From the IMG/VR virus record IMGVR_UViG_3300037851_000039, positions 1-25,975 of that record: a stretch of DNA of 25,975 nt; one strand, 5' to 3'. The translations under genes and the position numbers were made by a program. Shown in pieces: positions 15,200 to 25,101 of this stretch (position 1 is its first letter; every line of letters begins with the position of its first letter). Origin of the DNA: a virus. Lineage: Duplodnaviria > Caudoviricetes. A model generated the notes under the pieces. The model searched no databases, was not told the DNA's origin, and saw only the letters and a list, made by a program, of their open reading frames with translations.

Positions 15200-17487
15200 C
15201 CTCATTCGTTGACGATAACGGCAACTTCTTAGACTATCAGGGGACTGATATTGCCCTGACAAAACAGGCGGCCTCATTCTATGGGTTCAAAATTAAAGGA
15301 GACATATCCATTGACTTCGTACTTCCTAACACGGCCAAGAACAGGGATATTTTAAACTACTACGGCCCTCAACAGGAGACGATAGTGACCTCTAATTCGT
15401 TCACAATGGTAAGGGATGGAAATACTATCTCAAGGGGGTATATTGTCATCAAAGAATCAAGTTCAAAAGAAATAAAAGTCTTTTACATATCTGGGAATAC
15501 TAATTGGTTCCCCCGGATGGACTTCAACATCAAAGACATCATTTTCGAGGATAGGTTCACGGTATTAGGCTCTGACATTGACGGACAGAAAGCGGCTACC
15601 GAGGGGATAGTATTCCCTTTAGTGGACTGGTGGGCAAGGAACGAAAGAAGGGCCACATCGTATATTAAAATCAATACCGGCAGTTACCCTGACGAGTTCC
15701 CATCGCTTACTGAATTGTTCCCCTGTATTTATCTCCATACGATCGTTTCCCAGATGGCCGTATATGCGGGGATAAAGATAGGCGGGGATTTAATGGACGA
15801 CCCGATTTACAAGAGGATAATCATCACCCCGTCAGGCCCGGAGATTTACGTACCGGAAACAATTGTAAACAGGACATACGCACAGATTCAGAACGGGCCT
15901 TTTGGTAGTGCTGGTGCCGGACTGTACGATTATACGCTAGACCCTCAACTAATTCGTTTTAATACGCTTATCGATGGTAGCGGACAGATAGATACTACTA
16001 ACTACTCGTATATCGCCAACTATACGGGGACTTATAAAGTAGATATTGACTTTTGGGTGAATAATACAGACAACTACGCGGTAGAGGCTTATCTGAATGG
16101 TGCGCTTTATACTGTGATGTTCAATGACGCGGTAAACACGAGAAACAAAGTGGGTACTGCATATATCAACATGGTTAAGGGGGATGTTTTGCAGTTCTAT
16201 GTTAATAACACGGCGGCGGCTAACTATCGCTTGGATTACCTAACGGATAATAAATACACTAATTTTTCCATTAAACTCCACCGTTTAGCTGGGGTTGCAG
16301 TTACGCCCAATCTGGGGTCATACTCCCCTGCTGATACGATTGCCTATGTAATTCCTAATGCCATCGTCCCCGACATGAAGGCCAAAGACCTTATAAAGTT
16401 TTTGTCTGTGTATTTCGGGGCTGTGGTTACTTATGATGAGTATTCAAAGACGCTTTCAATAAACATCCTTGACAATATTCAAAAAGAGAACGCCGCAGAT
16501 TGGAGTGAATACTTCAGGGGTTATTCTGTTAAATTCGATCAGACTAAAGCGCGTAAGAACTTCATCCAGGCGGAGGGTGGAGTAGAAGATGAGATAAAAG
16601 CCTATAACGCCCAAAGTCTTTTAAGCTACGGCGGGGGGGTGATTGATACAGATACGGACAATGTAGAAACGAGTAACGTTCATTCTTTGCCTGATAACAT
16701 AGGCGATCCCGTTGAAAGGAAAGATATCTATAAGATACCATTTTCCGGCTCATGGGACGTCAAAAACAAAAGCTACTCAAAGGCTTTCTGGCCTTATGTT
16801 AAGTTTTATGAACTTGAGAAGCTAGAGACTACCACCTATTCAGGGGTTACTAACTCCGGGGGGCTTAGTCAGTTTACTTGCACTTTCAACGACCCCATAG
16901 AGATAGACCACGTATTTTATATAATCTCTAATTCTGGTGTTTACTCTGGATTCGCCCCTCTTTATTCGGGGGCTGGCGGTGTTACTAGCCCCCAGCTTTT
17001 GATAGATTACATCGCCAACGATGGGGGGACGATAGTAAAATACAGGGCCAGTAAGGTAAACGGCACCCCGAGGATGTTGCTATGCAATCCGGGTAAAAGC
17101 ATTACTGAAATCGGTGGGGTTGACGTAGAGACTTTTATAGGCACTAACTCGGTATCTACCATTACCACAGCTCCCGTTTGTTGGTTTGATAAACCTGTAT
17201 TAGGTCAGACGATAGATATTCAAAAGGATAGTTTGGCTATTGACTCCCAGTATGACTATAACATAAGTTCATCGGAGAGATATTATAATACGGTTAAAAA
17301 GATATACCAGAATCCGATTATAGAGGTGACGCTATCACTCCCGATGAGTGAGTTTGCCTCATTTGATTTCAGTAGGTTTGTGTATTTAAAAACTGAGGAC
17401 ATTACGGGGTATTTCTTTGTTGACAAGATTGATAATTATACAGGTGAGGATAGTTTGGTTAAGGTGACTTTACTTTATGTAGATTGA
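15196..17487 (+). CDS. large tail/baseplate structural protein
   Basis: 763 aa between fibre and tape measure; S..F.LP.T..N and PDMKAKDLIK...FG...DWS patterns of phage tail-tip proteins. Confidence 0.65.
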   Translation: MTSFVDDNGNFLDYQGTDIALTKQAASFYGFKIKGDISIDFVLPNTAKNRDILNYYGPQQETIVTSNSFTMVRDGNTISRGYIVIKESSSKEIKVFYISGNTNWFPRMDFNIKDIIFEDRFTVLGSDIDGQKAATEGIVFPLVDWWARNERRATSYIKINTGSYPDEFPSLTELFPCIYLHTIVSQMAVYAGIKIGGDLMDDPIYKRIIITPSGPEIYVPETIVNRTYAQIQNGPFGSAGAGLYDYTLDPQLIRFNTLIDGSGQIDTTNYSYIANYTGTYKVDIDFWVNNTDNYAVEAYLNGALYTVMFNDAVNTRNKVGTAYINMVKGDVLQFYVNNTAAANYRLDYLTDNKYTNFSIKLHRLAGVAVTPNLGSYSPADTIAYVIPNAIVPDMKAKDLIKFLSVYFGAVVTYDEYSKTLSINILDNIQKENAADWSEYFRGYSVKFDQTKARKNFIQAEGGVEDEIKAYNAQSLLSYGGGVIDTDTDNVETSNVHSLPDNIGDPVERKDIYKIPFSGSWDVKNKSYSKAFWPYVKFYELEKLETTTYSGVTNSGGLSQFTCTFNDPIEIDHVFYIISNSGVYSGFAPLYSGAGGVTSPQLLIDYIANDGGTIVKYRASKVNGTPRMLLCNPGKSITEIGGVDVETFIGTNSVSTITTAPVCWFDKPVLGQTIDIQKDSLAIDSQYDYNISSSERYYNTVKKIYQNPIIEVTLSLPMSEFASFDFSRFVYLKTEDITGYFFVDKIDNYTGEDSLVKVTLLYVD

Positions 17488-17488
17488 T

Positions 17489-19267
17489 ATGGCTGACGAA
17501 ACAAAACTAATAGTAATTGAGGTACAGGGACTTCAGGAGGCTACCGAAGGGACGAAGAAGTTAACTACTGAGCTGGATAAGCAGGAGGTTTCTATTGCCA
17601 AACTCAGGGAGGAAAATAAGAAACTCACTAAGGAGCGTAATGAGACTAATATCAATTCCGAAGAAGGTCGCAAAAAGCTAAAGGAATTAAACGATCAACT
17701 TGACCAGAATAACAAGAAGATCAAGGAAAATGTCGATCAGTACACAAAGCAAAAGATCGGCATAGGTGATTATAAAAGTGCCTTAGATAAGTTAATCCCC
17801 GGATTGGGGGCAACGGCTGACGGATTTACAGCCATGACCACAACGGCAAAGACCTTTATAGCTACCCCTTTGGGGGCAGTGCTGGCGGCTGTTGGTTTGG
17901 CTTTGGGGGCGTTGATTTCCTATTTCAAAAACACCGGAGAGGGTCAGGATAAACTAACAGCGTTAACCAAGATTGCTTCCCAGGTTTGGGAGGGGTTCAT
18001 GCGGATAGTTGAGAACGTGGGGAAAGTTCTGTTTTCTACTATTGAGTTCATTGGAGGTTTTGCCGAAAAGGTCATCGGGTTTATCTCCCCGGCGGCAAAG
18101 GCAGCTATTGAAGAGGCAAAGGAGGCAGGTCAGGCTATCGCAGATTTAGACGATGAGATAGACGCTAGGGAGACGGAATTAGTAACCCGGAGGGCAGAGG
18201 TCAATAACCAGGTCGCTAAACTCAGGGCAGAGGCTTTAACTCAAGAAGGGGAGCAAAGAAAACAGACCATTGAACAAGCTATTCAGCTAGAGAAGGATCT
18301 CGCCGCCGAGGAAGTGGCTTTAGCCAAAAAACGTCTTGAACTGTGGGACTTAGAGCATAAAACCAAGACGGATTTAACAGACGAAGAGAAAAGACAACGG
18401 GCAGAATTGAGTGCGGCGGTTATAGCGGCAGACACGGCGGCTTATGAGAATACATTAAGATTCGAGAAAGAGATCGAACGAATCAGGGACGAAAACCATA
18501 AGGCTCAACTCGATCGGATGGCAATTGAGCGCGCCCAGCGTCATGCTGATTCAGAGGATGCTTTATTGAAAGTTACCGAGATAGAAGCCAAAAAGTTAGA
18601 GATTGAAGGAGTGACTTCTTTGCTTTCACGTAGCCTGATGGAGTCCGATTTGGCTAATATGCTCAAAAAGCGATTAGATGGGAATAAGAAGTTACAGGAA
18701 GCCGCCAACAAAGCCCAGGCCGATCAGACCAAGTTTGAGGCCATGCAGAATCAACTCAGACTCGCTAATATCTCAAATACGTTAGGCATTGCTCAGGGGT
18801 TATTCCAAAAAGACACCGAGGCGTATAAGGCATTAGCAATTGCAAGGGCTATGATTGACACCTACGCGGCGGCGACTCAGGCACTTCCTAATATCTTTCT
18901 GGCGGCAATTGTTACCGCTTTAGGCTTGGCTAACGTGGCTAAAATTGTGGGGATTGGCTTCGCTGAAGGTGGATATACGGGTGACGGGGCAAAGCATGAC
19001 GTTGCTGGAGTCGTTCACCGGGGGGAGTATGTAGTTCCTCAGCACATCGTTAAAAATCCTATCTACTCAGGGTATATCGAAAGCCTTGAACGGGCTAGGG
19101 TAGGTTACGCTGACGGTGGACTTGTTACTGGGGCCACCTCAAGGGAAGTAAACAATAACGCCTCTATGGCTGAGATGCTCCAAAAAGTCAATCTATGGGT
19201 ATCTGTTCAGGAAATAAGACAATCAAGCAGAGATGCCGAGGTTAAATTAGCCATGTCCACAATATGA
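17489..19267 (+). CDS. tail tape measure protein
   Basis: Long coiled coils, two hydrophobic segments, C-terminal FAEGGYTGDG.K...AGVVHRGEYVVP motif. Confidence 0.85.
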   Translation: MADETKLIVIEVQGLQEATEGTKKLTTELDKQEVSIAKLREENKKLTKERNETNINSEEGRKKLKELNDQLDQNNKKIKENVDQYTKQKIGIGDYKSALDKLIPGLGATADGFTAMTTTAKTFIATPLGAVLAAVGLALGALISYFKNTGEGQDKLTALTKIASQVWEGFMRIVENVGKVLFSTIEFIGGFAEKVIGFISPAAKAAIEEAKEAGQAIADLDDEIDARETELVTRRAEVNNQVAKLRAEALTQEGEQRKQTIEQAIQLEKDLAAEEVALAKKRLELWDLEHKTKTDLTDEEKRQRAELSAAVIAADTAAYENTLRFEKEIERIRDENHKAQLDRMAIERAQRHADSEDALLKVTEIEAKKLEIEGVTSLLSRSLMESDLANMLKKRLDGNKKLQEAANKAQADQTKFEAMQNQLRLANISNTLGIAQGLFQKDTEAYKALAIARAMIDTYAAATQALPNIFLAAIVTALGLANVAKIVGIGFAEGGYTGDGAKHDVAGVVHRGEYVVPQHIVKNPIYSGYIESLERARVGYADGGLVTGATSREVNNNASMAEMLQKVNLWVSVQEIRQSSRDAEVKLAMSTI

Positions 19268-19464
19268 GCGAATTTTGTAAGAAATACGGGGTAAACGAAA
19301 CCCAGGCAAAGGCCATGATTAAGGACGGATGGATTACCTGCTCTCTACCTCAGTATGAGGAGATTTACTACCACTACAAAAAGTCAGGGTCTATGCAAAA
19401 GACCGCCGATCATTTCAACACTACCAAGTCAGTAGTTTGGGAGGTTGTCCACAGGTTTGAATAG
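19264..19464 (+). CDS. small HTH DNA-binding protein
   Basis: C-terminal SMQKTADHFNTTKSVVWEVV helix-turn-helix. Confidence 0.65.
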   Translation: MSEFCKKYGVNETQAKAMIKDGWITCSLPQYEEIYYHYKKSGSMQKTADHFNTTKSVVWEVVHRFE

Positions 19465-19512
19465 CGTTCGTTACAAAGCGAACGTTATTTAATATCCCTA
19501 TTTCTATTTTTG
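19462..19512 (+). promoter_or_regulatory. inverted repeat plus -7 promoter element of the head operon
   Basis: CGTTCG-N8-CGAACG (19465-19484); TATTTTTG at 19505-19512. Confidence 0.5.
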
Positions 19513-19518
19513 TGCCTA

Positions 19519-20646
19519 ATGACAGGGCACATTTTCATCGAGGGCGAAGTCGGTGTACAGGTTACCGCAAAAACGGTCAGGGAGGATATTAACGCCTACC
19601 CACACGCTACGGAGTTCATCGTTCATTTCAATTCCCCCGGTGGAGATGTGTACGAGGGTTACCATATAGGCTCAATACTTGCCAATATCGGTAAACCGAC
19701 TACTGCACACATAGGGGCTATGTGCGCTTCAATCGCCACTTACGCGGCGTTGTGCTGTGACCGTGTCGTCATGAACCCCGCCGGGGACTTCATGATACAC
19801 CTGCCTACCGGAACTCTTAGCGGTAATGCTGAGGATTTGAGACGTGGAGCCGAACAGCTCGAGCGGATTAAATCTGAACTTATCGACCGCTATATGCAGA
19901 AGGTAGCACGGAAAGGGGTCACCAGGGAACAACTAGAGGTAATGATGGAGAACGAGACGAGCATGGGGCCAGGCGAAGCGTTAGCAATGGGCTTCGTAGA
20001 TGAGGTGCGGGAAAAGTTAAAAGCCGTTGCACGATTCGATATTAACACACTTGAACAAATGAAACAAGAAGACGTAAAAGGTGCGCTAGAGACATTGGGC
20101 GCAAAACTTGATGCGTTCATCAATTCTTTCAAAATAAAGAATATGATTGAACTCACGCTTGCTGACGGTACGATGATTATGAGTACTGCCGAAACCCTTG
20201 AGGCTATCGTAGGCTCACAGCTTACCGATGAGCAGGGGGAACCACTTCAAGCCGGAGAGGTTGAACTCGCTGATGGACAGGTTATTACAGTGGGTGAAAA
20301 CGGTTTAGTTCAATCCGTTAAGCCTAAGACCGAAGCCAATGCTGACCCCAAAGACGATGTTGCCGCTTTGAAAGCAGAAATTGAGTCTTTGAAAAAGCAA
20401 CTCGAAGAGGCTGGCAAAAACGCTTCAGCCGCAAAAGAGGAGGCAAAGGTAGCTGCTCAAAATCTTTCCAAACTGGCTATTGAAGCCAAGAACCTAAAAA
20501 CGTCACTTGACGAAATAAAAAACAGCACATTCGGAGACAAGGAAGTACCTGCTGACGCCCCTGATAAGAAGGAGGAAAAGCCGATCGATCCCATGCTCGC
20601 AAGGATGCGCGACATTTACTTTAACGCTTACAAAACTTCACGCTAA
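19519..20646 (+). CDS. ClpP-type prohead protease with C-terminal scaffold-like coiled coil
   Basis: ATG 19519; HFNSPGGDV, catalytic Ser in CASIA, His in FMIHLP, EALAMGFVDE; precedes the capsid gene. Confidence 0.9.
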   Translation: MTGHIFIEGEVGVQVTAKTVREDINAYPHATEFIVHFNSPGGDVYEGYHIGSILANIGKPTTAHIGAMCASIATYAALCCDRVVMNPAGDFMIHLPTGTLSGNAEDLRRGAEQLERIKSELIDRYMQKVARKGVTREQLEVMMENETSMGPGEALAMGFVDEVREKLKAVARFDINTLEQMKQEDVKGALETLGAKLDAFINSFKIKNMIELTLADGTMIMSTAETLEAIVGSQLTDEQGEPLQAGEVELADGQVITVGENGLVQSVKPKTEANADPKDDVAALKAEIESLKKQLEEAGKNASAAKEEAKVAAQNLSKLAIEAKNLKTSLDEIKNSTFGDKEVPADAPDKKEEKPIDPMLARMRDIYFNAYKTSR

Positions 20647-20660
20647 AACAATTAATCAAA

Positions 20661-21710
20661 ATGGCCGAATTTAAAAACGCAACATCATACTCGTACTCGC
20701 CGGGTTACACCTTTCCGGGCAACCTTCCGACCGAGCTTTTCTATGCCGCGACTACGGGAACACCAAAGTTGTCGGATATGTTCTCCATCCGTCAGGGTAT
20801 CCGTACCGATGAGTACCTGATCCTTGTAAACTCGATTGATAAGATCCTCGCCGCCACTCAAGGCTGTGAGCCGTCTTACACTACCGCCGGTACTTTGAGC
20901 GACCGTAAGATTTCGGTTGGTACTTTTTCCGCTAATCTCAAGTGGTGCAAAAATGACTTCATTTCTACCGCTTCCGTTCTTTCTAACGATCCTAAGTTTG
21001 TAGCCGATGGCCTTGATGGCTATGATGCTACTGCTGCCGTTCGTAAGTTCTGGATTGACGGTATGATTGACGCAATGCGCCGTGATATCTGGCGTATCGT
21101 TCTCTTTGGTAACGATACTTCTAGTAACGCTAACTACAACGTAATCGAAGGTCTGTTGGTTAAACTGTTGGATGCAAACGCTTCTTACTGCGTTAAGCAG
21201 GTAGGTAACGATTTTGGTAACGCAAACACTACTGTCCTGACTTCTGGTGAGGCTCTTGAGGCTTTCCGTAAGACGTTTGAAAACGCTCAGATTCCCCTCA
21301 AACAGCTTCCCGCTTCGGAGAAGATTTTCTGGGTGACTGGTGACGTTTATATGAACCTGTTGCGCTCTTATGAGTCCACTACTAGTGGTTCTGAGACCCA
21401 ATTCCAGATTCTGACCGATGGTACCTCTATCTTGAAGTACAGGGGTATTCAGGTTGAGCCGCTGTGGATTGCCGATCAGTATCTGACTGACTCGACTAAC
21501 CCCTGGTATAACAATCTCCGTAACTTCATTATCTACACTACGAAGGCATCGAGCCGTCTTTCTAACCTTGTACTTGGAACCGAGAACGCTTCACACCTGA
21601 ATCAGGTTAAAGTGTTCTTTGATGAGAAAGATGACGTTACCTACGCTAAGAGCGAGATGAAGTTCGGCGTGCAGTTTATTCGTTGTGATCTTACAGCAAT
21701 TTATCATTAA
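20661..21710 (+). CDS. major capsid protein
   Basis: 349 aa directly after protease/scaffold, strongly biased codon usage, FGND...EGLL and Y.GI.V motifs. Confidence 0.8.
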   Translation: MAEFKNATSYSYSPGYTFPGNLPTELFYAATTGTPKLSDMFSIRQGIRTDEYLILVNSIDKILAATQGCEPSYTTAGTLSDRKISVGTFSANLKWCKNDFISTASVLSNDPKFVADGLDGYDATAAVRKFWIDGMIDAMRRDIWRIVLFGNDTSSNANYNVIEGLLVKLLDANASYCVKQVGNDFGNANTTVLTSGEALEAFRKTFENAQIPLKQLPASEKIFWVTGDVYMNLLRSYESTTSGSETQFQILTDGTSILKYRGIQVEPLWIADQYLTDSTNPWYNNLRNFIIYTTKASSRLSNLVLGTENASHLNQVKVFFDEKDDVTYAKSEMKFGVQFIRCDLTAIYH

Positions 21711-21713
21711 TCT

Positions 21714-22289
21714 ATGGCTTGCGGTGTAGAGAGTGGCATAGGGGTATCCTGTGAAGACCTTAAGAGGGTCGCCGGGGTAAATAAGCGCGTGTGGTTGTTC
21801 AATATGAACGACCTCCAAACGCCAATTGATGTCACCCAAAGCACTATAACTAACATTAACCTGGAATCTTATGCATTGTTGTATAAGTTTGAGGGTCAAA
21901 AGTTTAGCCATAGTGCAGGGTGTAAATTGGTGCGGACTGATTCGGGGAACGTAAGTTTCGAGCATTCCGTAAATATGAGGATTAACAACACTACTTCTAC
22001 TGAAGATGCGGTTATTGAAGACCTTTCAGTAGCCGAGGTGGGGGTGATTGTTCAGACGAACAATAACGAGTTCTTGATTTACGGTGCTGGTAACGGTCTT
22101 ACCTTGATGGAGATGGAAGACAACACGGGGCAGAAGCAGGGTGACGAAGAAATCACTATGCTCAAGTTGGTAGGAGCTGAGACGACTCTCCCTAAGAGAT
22201 TCGCCCGGCCCGCTGGCTCCCAGGGGTCTATCCTGAATGAGACGTTGTACTATTTGAATGCAATTTCAAACAGTAACATCACCAGCTGA
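21714..22289 (+). CDS. probable major tail (tube) protein
   Basis: 191 aa, MAC...G...C....AGV.KRVWL N-terminus, GNVSFEHSV, IVQTNN...IYG..NGL; followed by a terminator. Confidence 0.65.
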   Translation: MACGVESGIGVSCEDLKRVAGVNKRVWLFNMNDLQTPIDVTQSTITNINLESYALLYKFEGQKFSHSAGCKLVRTDSGNVSFEHSVNMRINNTTSTEDAVIEDLSVAEVGVIVQTNNNEFLIYGAGNGLTLMEMEDNTGQKQGDEEITMLKLVGAETTLPKRFARPAGSQGSILNETLYYLNAISNSNITS

Positions 22290-22307
22290 TAGCGGTGGTG
22301 CTTAAAT

Positions 22308-22344
22308 GAGAGGGGGGGGGGCTAAATGTCCCCCTTTCTTTTTT
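22308..22344 (+). terminator. intrinsic terminator containing a G10 tract
   Basis: GAGA-G10-C-TAAAT-GTCCCCCTTTC followed by T6. Confidence 0.8.
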
Positions 22345-22356
22345 AAGAAAATTCTT

Positions 22357-22364
22357 TAAATTTG
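22357..22364 (+). promoter_or_regulatory. -7 promoter element upstream of the glycan cluster
   Basis: TAAATTTG, 5 nt before GTG 22370; no clear -33 element. Confidence 0.5.
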
Positions 22365-22369
22365 TCCCC

Positions 22370-22552
22370 GTGACGAAACAGGAGCTAAAAAAGTCACTTT
22401 TTGATGGCAGGCTGTGGAATCCTCCTTACAGAAAGGATCACCCCACGTGGATAGAGGCTTTCGAGGCTTACAAAAGGGAAACCGGGGACGATTCTGTTAA
22501 CCTACGCTGTGGGATGTGCTTCAATAAGGTTAAAAAATGGCTGGAGAGGTAG
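22370..22552 (+). CDS. small protein with CxxC motif
   Basis: 60 aa, LRCGMCFNKV. Confidence 0.65.
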   Translation: MTKQELKKSLFDGRLWNPPYRKDHPTWIEAFEAYKRETGDDSVNLRCGMCFNKVKKWLER

Positions 22553-23247
22553 ATTTTTACCAAATTTACTTCCATGAGGGCCAAAAAAGCCTCCTTTTCC
22601 CATTTGCAAAGCCCTATTTTAACGAAAAACTGACGGTTTTCTTTGAAAATAGCGTAATTTCTCAGTTAGTCCCCGCTTCTAATGCTGAAAAGATAGCCGT
22701 TTGCTCCTATGCCCTTAGAAAAAAGATAAACAACGGTATTCCAATGAGGGGTCAGGAACTAGGGAAGACCAAAGATGAGATACTGGCTGAGGCATTAGGG
22801 GCTGATTTTGACGTTTTAGCCCTTACCAGAAGGCAGAACCCGATAAAAGGCCTGGAGGGTCACTTTATGCTGGCAAAGATGGATAACTGGCATCCTGGTT
22901 CACGTGAAACATTGAATTTGATTCTAAAGGCTATCGGTATAGAACCATTCGAGAATAGAAGGGAGCCGAAAGACCCCATTTATCAGAATCACTTTGTAGC
23001 AAGGGCTGAGATTTACAAGGAGTATGTTTCTAGCTACTTGGTTCCCGCTATGAAGGTAATGGAGAACGAATTGCGGGACAGGTGCTATGAGGATTCGCAG
23101 TATTATAAGTTGAAAACAGACCCCAATTATCCTAAACTTATTAAAGATCAGTTAGGTATGGATTACGTGCCGCTTCACACATTTTTACTGGAGAGGCTTT
23201 TTAGTTGCTGGATTCACGGCAGGGGTTTCAAAATCAATTACCTATGA
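22537..23247 (+). CDS. DUF4422-like putative glycosyltransferase
   Basis: IYQNHFVARAEIYKEYV..YL.P and FLLERLFSCW resemble DUF4422 motifs. Confidence 0.5.
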   Translation: MAGEVDFYQIYFHEGQKSLLFPFAKPYFNEKLTVFFENSVISQLVPASNAEKIAVCSYALRKKINNGIPMRGQELGKTKDEILAEALGADFDVLALTRRQNPIKGLEGHFMLAKMDNWHPGSRETLNLILKAIGIEPFENRREPKDPIYQNHFVARAEIYKEYVSSYLVPAMKVMENELRDRCYEDSQYYKLKTDPNYPKLIKDQLGMDYVPLHTFLLERLFSCWIHGRGFKINYL

Positions 23248-23912
23248 TTTCATTAATTCACCCATCACGCGGACGCGCACAGAGAGCCTTTGACGCGGCT
23301 AAAAACTGGATAACAAAAGCAGGCCAAGACGTTGAGTATATCCTATCCTTAGACCTAGACGACCCCATCCGCTATCTTAATCCATTCGGTAAGACCATCA
23401 TCAATAACAACCGATCAGCCGTTGACGCTATAAACAATGCGGCCAAGATTTCAACGGGTCAGATATTGGTCGTTATGAGTGACGACTTCGACTGCCCTAT
23501 GGACTGGGCTGTGAAGATCATTGAAGAAGCCAACGGTAGGAAGGATTGGATAATGAAGACTCAGGACGGCACTCAGGGGTGGATTATCACACTTCCGGTA
23601 ATGGACAGGACTTATTATAATCGTTTTGGGTATATCTATTATCCCGAATACAGGCATATGTTCTGCGATACTGAATTAACAGCCGTAGCGGATCTGACCT
23701 CCAGGAAGATTTCATCCCCTTTAGTCTTCAAGCATAACCACTACTCAGTAACCGGAACAGATAGGGATGATGTTTCCGTAAGGGCTGACAAGACTTGGGA
23801 ACAGGGTGAAAGGCTATTTATTGAACGCTACAAAGTAAACTTTGGCCTTACAAGTCCGACCGGGAGGATTACAGATAGTCAGTATTTGAATTGGCTTAGG
23901 GGTAAAATATGA
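23244..23912 (+). CDS. GT2-like glycosyltransferase
   Basis: ATG 23244; ISLIHPSRGR, AIN.AAK..TG.ILVVMSDD, Y.HMFCDTEL, FKHNH. Confidence 0.8.
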   Translation: MISLIHPSRGRAQRAFDAAKNWITKAGQDVEYILSLDLDDPIRYLNPFGKTIINNNRSAVDAINNAAKISTGQILVVMSDDFDCPMDWAVKIIEEANGRKDWIMKTQDGTQGWIITLPVMDRTYYNRFGYIYYPEYRHMFCDTELTAVADLTSRKISSPLVFKHNHYSVTGTDRDDVSVRADKTWEQGERLFIERYKVNFGLTSPTGRITDSQYLNWLRGKI

Positions 23913-24547
23913 ATAATACAATGGTATTAAATGATTTGATTGATCGGTTCTACGGTTCACGAGCCTCACTTGAACAGGTCTATAACCTTTCAAAGAAAGT
24001 ACAGGGGTTACAGGGTGATTTGGTTGAATTAGGGATAGCGATGGGTTCAGGGATAGCGGCTATGAAAATGGCTTGTCCTGAAAAGACGGTATGGGGTTAT
24101 GATTCCTTTCAGGGGATTCATTTGGCTGGCCCTAATGACACGGAGCAACCCGGGATAGGAAAGATCACTCACGATGTCAACGGTGAACTATTGGTTAGTT
24201 CCGGGGTAACGGTTCACACACGGGAACAGGTAGAGACTATTTTGTTTGAGTATCTAAAGTTCAAAGAAGAAGATTTCATTCTAGTCGAAGGGTGGGTACA
24301 GGATACGTTACCCAAAATGAAGCCAAAGAAGATTGCCCTGCTTCGCCTGGATATGGACTTGCACGATCCTACATTGTTTGCACTTGAGAAACTTTGGGAC
24401 AGGTTAGTAAAGGGGGGAGTTTTGATTATTGACGATGGTAACCTATCGGGGGTAGTTAAAGCCTGTGATACTTTCTTTAAGTCGATAGGCTATACTCCCG
24501 GTTGGATACAAAAGAAAGGAGAGAATCCGTTTTACCTTGTGAAATGA
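23909..24547 (+). CDS. TylF/MycF/NovP-family sugar O-methyltransferase
   Basis: GDLVELGIAMG, WGYDSFQG, VEGWVQDTLP, IALLRLDMDL, GGVLIIDD. Confidence 0.9.
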   Translation: MNNTMVLNDLIDRFYGSRASLEQVYNLSKKVQGLQGDLVELGIAMGSGIAAMKMACPEKTVWGYDSFQGIHLAGPNDTEQPGIGKITHDVNGELLVSSGVTVHTREQVETILFEYLKFKEEDFILVEGWVQDTLPKMKPKKIALLRLDMDLHDPTLFALEKLWDRLVKGGVLIIDDGNLSGVVKACDTFFKSIGYTPGWIQKKGENPFYLVK

Positions 24548-25101
24548 AACTATCTATTTTAATCTGCTCCCTTCCTGAGAGGTCAAGGCATTTTAATTAC
24601 TTGATGGAAGTACTAGGCCCACAGATTAGCGATGGTGTAGAGTTATTGGTAGATAACAGGGATAAGAACATACCCACAGGAACCAAGCGGAACGAGCTAA
24701 TAACTAAGGCGCGGGGGGAGTGGACTGTATTTATAGATGACGATGATTGGATTGACACCGAATACGTAAAGAGGATTTTACAGGCTTTAGAGTCTAATCC
24801 TGACGTGGTGACTTTTAAAGGATGGATGACTACGAACGGACTGCATCCTGTGGATTGGTCTATCAAATTAGGGGAGAAATACGAAGCGAGGACAGACGAT
24901 GACGGGGTAACGAGATATTACAGGTTCCCAAATCACCTTTGCCCTATGCGAAAGTCCATAGCGCAGAGGGTGAAGTTTAGAGACATTTGGCAGGGGGAAG
25001 ACTACCAATGGGCCAAGCAGATAAACGACATGAGGCTATTAAGGTCTGAGGTTCATATTGACCGCAAACTATATCACTATAAATTCATCACTGGTAAATG
25101 A
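24544..25101 (+). CDS. GT2 glycosyltransferase
   Basis: ATG 24544; KLSILIC, GTKRN.LI..ARGEWTVFIDDDD, GEDYQW. Confidence 0.9.
   Translation: MKLSILICSLPERSRHFNYLMEVLGPQISDGVELLVDNRDKNIPTGTKRNELITKARGEWTVFIDDDDWIDTEYVKRILQALESNPDVVTFKGWMTTNGLHPVDWSIKLGEKYEARTDDDGVTRYYRFPNHLCPMRKSIAQRVKFRDIWQGEDYQWAKQINDMRLLRSEVHIDRKLYHYKFITGK

Noticed and set aside
20685-21401. 238-aa minus-strand ORF
   Set aside because: Antisense shadow of the codon-biased capsid gene; no recognisable motifs
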